From Saprolegnia diclina VS20 (taxonomy: Eukaryota): a DNA stretch of 64,000 bases. How positions within the stretch are numbered: the first letter of the stretch is position 1; every line of letters begins with the position of its first letter. Below the pieces are notes generated by a model. The model did no database searches. It was not told the DNA's origin and saw only the letters and a list, made by a program, of their open reading frames with translations. Shown here in pieces: positions 57,591 to 64,000 of this stretch. Position numbers and translations under genes: made by a program. The stretch spans positions 456,859-520,858 of the forward strand of contig NW_008246068.1 in NCBI RefSeq assembly GCF_000281045.1, in the 5' to 3' direction.

Positions 57591-60316
57591 ATGGAGCACG
57601 AAGCGAGTTCCGCGACGTCCGGCCACGGCAGCGCCCTGCCCCATGGCAGCGCCCATCCCGCCTCTAACTCGTACTCGTCCGCGCCCCACCGGCGCTACCA
57701 TGGCGGCCATGACGATGGCCACACCAAGTACACGTCGCCCCGCCACAACAATGGCCACTACGCCAAAGCCAAAGGCGCGGGGTACTACGGCAACAACAAC
57801 AACGTCAACCACCACCACCACCACCAAGCGCAATACCACGCGGCCATGAACATGAACGGTGGGCGGTACTACAATGCGCACGTCCAGCCGCCGCTTCCGC
57901 CATTGCCTCCGGGCGGCTCGATGCCACCGCCATCGCCGTCGCCGTCGAGCGCCTCGACCGACACGACCGCCGCGTCGCCGTCGCATGTAGACACCATCAA
58001 GTGCAACCGATGTGGCGAGAAGGGGCACATGGCGGTGGCATGCCCGCTCAAGCCACGCCACAGCTACAACAAGGGGCCGCGCGTGTGCAAGTTTTGGGCG
58101 AATGGCCACTGCCAACGCGGCAACGACTGCTCTTTCTTCCACGGCAACCCGGACCAAGCGATGATATACGGCGCGCCGACGAGCATGATGATGACGATGC
58201 CACCGCCCCAGTACATGATGGACCCGGCCGCCGGCTACTACTACCCGCCCGTGCCCGTCATGCCCGCAGGGTACCCGCCAGCTGCCGCGCCATACGAACC
58301 GTCGCCGACGTCCGAGACGCCGCCGCCCGAAGGCGAGATGTACGACGCTGCTGGGTACCCGAACGACGCCTACGTCGAGCCGCCGTATGGCGCGCCGCCG
58401 GTCTACCACAACCCGTACGCGCCGCCCCAGTACGCTCCGTACGGCCCGCCGCAAAGCGGCTACCCAGGTACGACCTTGACTACACAGCCGCGAGATGCTA
58501 AGATCTGACGCAGACCAACGCGCGTACTACCAGCCGCCATCGCACAAGTTGTACCCGCCGCAACACGGCCATTTTTACAACCCGTACTACCCACGCGGGT
58601 ACGTGGCACCGCCGACTGCCTACTCGAACGTCGACGCCGTCGACGCACCGGTTGTCGAGACGCCCGACGAACCGCCAATGTACGACGAGCCGCCGCCCGT
58701 GGCGCCCGACGAGACCCCTGTTGCGACCGACGTGATCGATCAAGTGTACGTGGCATGCGCCTATAGCGTCGCATCTGACCACTGGCAATAGACCGACATC
58801 GGTGGTGCCCGACGCAGTGCCGGACGGCGCGCCGCTCGTGGAGGCGGTGCGAGACCTCAAGCTCGAGACCGCGCCCAAGCCCAAGAAGAAGAAGAAGTCG
58901 AAGGCGCGTGTCGAGGCTGCGCCCGCCGACGCACCGGTCGCGCATTCGCCACGCTCGGAGAAGGGTCTGCGCAACGACACTGGCGAGAACAACTGCTTTC
59001 TGAACGTCGTCGTGCAGTCGCTTTTCCATCTGCAGGTAGTCGGTTGCTCCTTCGAGTTGCTGTTCACATATGTGGTTTGTGCTAGACGTTCCGCAATGCG
59101 TTCCGCTCGATCACGCGCCACGTGTGCCCTGGCGACGGGCGCTGTGTCTACTGCGCGCTCTCGGCCGTCTTTGACATGCTTTCACCCGGCGACAACCAAA
59201 CGGCGTGCAGCTCGGATGCGCTGCGCTCCGTGCTGAGCACGCTCTCGGCGTCGTCGGCAGCGAACGTGTCGCTACCGCCACCGGGCGACGGTCCCAACCG
59301 GTTCTCGCTCGGCTCAATGGACGACGCAGCGGAAGCCCATGACGCAGTCCTCTGGCAGTTGCATGAAGCGCTCAAGACGTCGAGCAAGACGCAAGACTGT
59401 ACTTGCGTGATCCACAGCGTGTTTGGCTTGCTTGTCGGCGAAGAGGCGCACTGCCCCAAGTGCCACACCAAGATGACGGCAGCCACTTACGACACGATGG
59501 TCATGGCGGCGTCGACCGCCCAGTTGCACGACCACATTGTGTAGGCTCCACTATCGCACGTGGCATTCTATCTCAGTAATGGTGTAGGCGCAAGAAGGCG
59601 CGGACGTTTGACAAGCTGTTGGCGCACGTCGTGGCGATCGGCGGCGGCACGCGCAAGTGCGCGAACTCGAGGTGCCGCAACACGGATCTGCTGCCGTCGA
59701 GTCTCAAGCTCAAGGCACTGCCGCAGGTGTTTACGGTCGGTCTCTCGTGGCCCAACGCGCAGCCGAGCTCGGGCTACTTGGGCCACATCGTCTCGAGCAT
59801 TGCGCCCACGATCGACTTGACGCGGTATCGGTCTTGACCTATCGCATTGGTATCTGATATAGATTCCTAGCGTGTTTCCCAACCTAATTGCGGACGGTCT
59901 CGCGCTGCCCCATGGCGGCGGCAACGACGCGCACCTCATGGGTGTCTTTTGCTACTTTGGGCACCACTACCTCACGTTCCTCTTCCAGCCGTCGACGAAC
60001 GAGTGGCTCTCGTTCGACGACACGGTCGTCAAGCGCGTCGGGGCGTCGTGGAGCGATGTGCAAAAGGTGTGCTTGGAGGTACGCCCCCCTGGGATCGCTC
60101 AGTCTAACGCGCGTCGACTAGAACCATTTGCAGCCGATGGTCCTCTTCTACGACGTGGCCAAGAAGCCGGTGGCGGACAAGGTGCTGCAGTTTACGATCG
60201 GCGACTTTGTGCTCTCGGTCGCGTCCGAAGTCGACCAAGAGAATTGGCGCGCGACCGACAGCAGCCCGCACACGGACACGGACGTGCTTCGGTCGTCGTC
60301 GCCTGTGTCCACCTAG
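57591..60316 (+). CDS. USP53/54-like ubiquitin-specific protease with N-terminal CCHC and CCCH zinc fingers, multi-exon
   Basis: CNRCGEKGHMAVAC, CKFWANGHCQRGNDCSFFH, Cys box GLRNDTGENNCFLNVVVQSL, MDDAAEAH, His box GVFCYFGHHYLTF, WLSFDD. Confidence 0.85.
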
Positions 60317-60937
60317 AAGACGCCGATCCTGCCGGCACCGAGATTATATTTATATCCTACCACATTTAGTCTTGGCACCAGGAGGGTAATCGCCGTATAA
60401 TGCATGCTCGTCGTCCACTACTCTCTCTCTCTTGTGGCCCTGCGTCATGGCGTGCGATGTCCATCTTGCGACGAGCTCGAGGGCGACGCGACCATCGCGT
60501 CGAAATAGGGCTGCATGCGTCGTCCACAATGTACCCGTACCTTGCCATCGGCGCCTAGATGTGCTGGGATGGTACGCAAGCGCATGCCCGCGGCGATCGC
60601 GCTGGGCATGCGCTTGGCCTACGCCCCTAGGCCATAGCCAGCCCTAGCAGGCCTGGTTGAGGGCCTTCGGACAGGCTGTCGACGCGCGCCGCCCCGTCGC
60701 TCGGCTTGCGCGAACGTCATTCACGTGCGTCAGCAGCTGGTCCTAATTCGGGCCCCAGGTGGCCTTCGATAAGGGCGATCTAGAAACGTCGGCCTTCTTC
60801 CGCCGGAAAAAGAACAAGCTTTGGCGGTGCGGCCAATCGGAGCAGAGGTGCGCTATAATTTCAACCAATCGCACGCGAGCAACTTCGACCTTGCAGTGAA
60901 ACGACCCAGAGCCATTGTGAGATCAGGACGAAGCCCA

Positions 60938-61573
60938 ATGGCCCGCCGACTTGCGAAGGTCCGTGGACGCCGACGAGCCCGATGGCTCATGCGCCCGTGC
61001 CATGTAGGAGCTTGCCGAGTTCAACAAGAACTCGCCGGAATGGTGCACCGTGGGCACGGTCGACGACGACCTCTTGCACTGGAACGCCATGGTCGTTGGC
61101 CCCGTACGTGCCATCGCACGCGCGCCGCGTGGCCTCATGCAGCCGCGATGTAGGACAACTCGCCGTATGCGGGCGGCGTCTTTAGCATCGACCTGCTCTT
61201 TCCTGCCGAGTACCCGTTCAAGGCGCCCAAGGTACGCGGCAGTCCTTGCACATGCTGACGCGAATCATCTCGCCGGCAGGTCAAGTTCCTCACGCGCGTG
61301 TACCACCCCAACGTCAAGTCGCAGAGCGGCGAGATTTGCGCGGACGTCATCAACGAGGTTCGTATCCTTTGCGCTACGCAAGGCTCATGGCGCGATGTAT
61401 AGAACTGGGGCCCGACGTTGAACGTCATGTTTTGCCTCACGGCGCTCAAGCAGATTCTCGAGCAGCCGGACGGCGACAACCCGCTCGAGCCCGAGATTGC
61501 CAAGCAGCTGCAGTGCAACCGAGACGCGTTCAACGAGACGGCCAAGAAGTGGACAAAGGACTTTGCGTCGTAG
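60938..61573 (+). CDS. Ubiquitin-conjugating enzyme E2 (UBC4/5-like), 5 exons
   Basis: [49 protein letters not shown] (catalytic Cys), [18 protein letters not shown]. Confidence 0.95.
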
Positions 61574-62061
61574 CTCGTAGCTGCTGTCTATCCCTTGTCG
61601 ATGCATGCATGATTGCATACAAAATCGACGGCGCGACGTGTGTTAATATACATGGTTGCCGTCGCTACGTGGCTCTTCTCTTGCAGGTGTCGAGCTTGGC
61701 GTCACGAAGAGCGACCATAGCGACCATCGTCGCTGCACGGTTGCCACCAGCTCGATCCGCCGCCCTATTCTCTCGCCGCAGCGGCCCGCTTTAGCCTCCG
61801 TCTGCGGGCGTGACGCTCTCGATGGATCATGTCCCTTGCGCATGGCTCGGCGTCGCTCGTCCGGTGGCGGTCACGAGCTGTCGGCTTGGTCGCGCGGCCC
61901 GCTCTCTGCCCCGCCGCTTGTGACATGAGCATCCTGATTTACAAAGGCGACTTGTTTTTTGTATGGCCATGGCCACTGCGAATCCGAATTTAATTGAAAA
62001 TCGGACGATTTGGCCTAATTTAAGGCGCACAGCTTGGCGCCGTCATTACGTGTAATTGGCC

Positions 62062-64000
62062 ATGGCCCTCGAGTCCAAGGCGACGATGGACGACGACGTG
62101 GCGGCGACGCCCGCCGGCGGCCTCCATGGCAGCACCATCTCCACATACGCGACGACGTTCCAGCCGCCTGAATGGTACGGCGATCCGATGATGCATGCGA
62201 GATGGCCGCATCGAGACTGCACGTAGGGCGGTGTACCCGACAGAGAAGACCATCACCGCGCGCTTCGAGGTCCTGCGCATGAACAAGAGCGTGGGCACAC
62301 ACGAGCTGGGCGGGCGCCAAGTCACGGTCTTTGGCCGCGAGCAGAACGGCTGCGACTTTGTCTTGGCCAACCCGTCCGTCTCGCGCAAGCACGCCACTGT
62401 GATCCACTGCGCCAAAGGCGGCGTCTACGTGCGATAGCCTACTCGTCTGACGGCGTCGGCTCATGCAGCCTGCGTAGATCGTCGACCTCATGTCCCGCCA
62501 TGGCACGTTTGTCGGCAAGACCAAGATCCCGCCCCACGACCCTTACCTCCTCCACGGTATGCCATCGTCCTCGAGCATTTCGACCGACGATTGGGTGTAG
62601 ATGGCGACGTTGTGACCTTTGGCCAGAGCTGCCGGACATACGTCTTGAAGGGCATTGACCCCACAGGCTTGAGCCAAGCGGTGAAGAAGCCATGGCGCCT
62701 CAAGTCGCTGCTCGTGCCCCGGTTTGGCACTGGCAGCAGCAGCAGCCACCCGCCGCCAGCGAAGAAGCCGACGCGCAAGTACAATGACATTTGCATCAAG
62801 ATGGTCAACAAGATCTGCAGCGGGTCCTTCTCCACCGAGCGCGGTGAAGAATTCGCCAACGAAGTCTCCGAGCTCGATGACGACCTCGTCGATGACGTGG
62901 CAGGCCTCCTCGTCGAGAAGGTCACCCGCCAGTACGCAAACGCGACGCTCGTCATCTTGGCGCTGCTCGAAGCGCACGTCGGGCTCCACGCGTTTGAAAA
63001 TAACTTGACGCCGATCGTGCAAGTGTCCCAGAGCAACCTCGATGCACGCAAGGTACGGACTTGGGTCTTCGCTCCGTACGATGGTTGAAATGGAAATGCA
63101 TAGATTCTGCAAGTGGTCGCGGAGGCGCGGATAGAGTCGACGAGCCGCATGGACACGCCCAACCCCAGCGACGACGACGACGATGACGACGACTACCGCA
63201 ATGACGACTATGCTCCCCCCGATGTGAGCTACGCGCCGCCACCGATCCCGTACGCGCCTCCAGCTTCCATGTATGCACCACCGGCCGCCCCCGTGTTTGC
63301 CCCACCGCCGGCCATGGAGCGCGCCCCGACGTCGCCGCCCCGAGCGCATGCGCCACTTCCCGGCACCTACAATGACGACGATGACGAAGAGGAGAAGGCG
63401 GAAGAGATGACGTCACCGATGCCCGACCAATCTCGCCAACGCGTCTTGAGCAACGAAGGCAAGCGGCTCTTTGCCCAAGCCACGCACTCGCCACTCGCAG
63501 CGGCGTCCGGCTTTAGCTTTATCACGCCCAGCAGTCCGTCGCCGGTCGCCGCAGTCTCGGCCTTTGGGTTCATCACGGCCAGCGCGGCGCCCGACAACGA
63601 CGACGAAGCCGAGTATGACGACCACGAGCATGATTATGAAGATGACGAGAAAGACGAGGAATACGAAGACGAGGAAGATAGCTACGCGCCGGTCGAGATC
63701 CCCGAGGGGTTTTTGAGCGAGCGTAGCACGATGGACCCGCAAGACTTCTCCAACCTCTGGCAGTGCGCGACCGTCTCGTACACCTTTGCAGCCTCTTTTG
63801 CTCGTCGTTGACGATGGTTGTTGTAGGGAGGAGTGGGACGAAGACCTCTCGCCCGAGTACGACGCCGACTTGCTCGAGCGCTGTCTCTGGGGTCTCCACG
63901 TGACATTGCTCTCGACGAGCGTCGTCGGAGGCAGCCAAACGTTCCTGTACCATGCTGAACAGGTAGGATTGTGCTACCGCCTTGGTACGAATGGCGACTG
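62062..64000 (+). CDS. FHA-domain protein with a helical domain and a probable adaptin-appendage-like tail; runs off the window
   Basis: FQPPEW, VFGRE..CDFVLANPSVSRKHA, VDLMSRHGTFV, GDVVTFGQSCRTY, followed by an acidic/Pro-rich linker and MDPQDFSNLW. Confidence 0.85.

Overview
A eukaryotic, GC-rich, gene-dense window with many short (about 40-55 nt) introns. It looks like oomycete DNA, most like Saprolegnia/Saprolegniales; this is inferred from gene content, codon usage and intron style, not from a database match. About 25 genes are supportable. Housekeeping genes: proteasome RPN3, propionyl-CoA carboxylase beta, symplekin, an HSD17B10-like SDR, a UBC4/5-like E2, a ZIP transporter and a class-V PLP lyase. 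Signalling genes: an IP3-receptor-like channel, two kinases, a dual-specificity phosphatase and an FHA protein. Also present are a bacterial-like tandem AAA ATPase, a giant IQ/WW/SAM/B-box protein, a Pol X-like protein and a zinc-finger USP53/54-like deubiquitinase. At 48.9-53.9 kb two nearly identical, convergent GH5 exo-glucanase copies form a ~1.14 kb inverted repeat around a decayed RIO1 fragment. The best leads are the Pol X-like protein with a degraded catalytic motif and repeated phi-phi-x-E-T motifs, the IP3R with a non-canonical pore, two orphan BCS1-lid-like modules in the giant protein, a Cns1/TTC4-N-terminus-like microprotein, the candidate RNA-binding DUB and a tRNA-like element near 1.5 kb. 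I saw no CRISPR array, rRNA or intact transposase. Gene ends and introns were read by eye, and family calls rest on recalled motifs, not searches.
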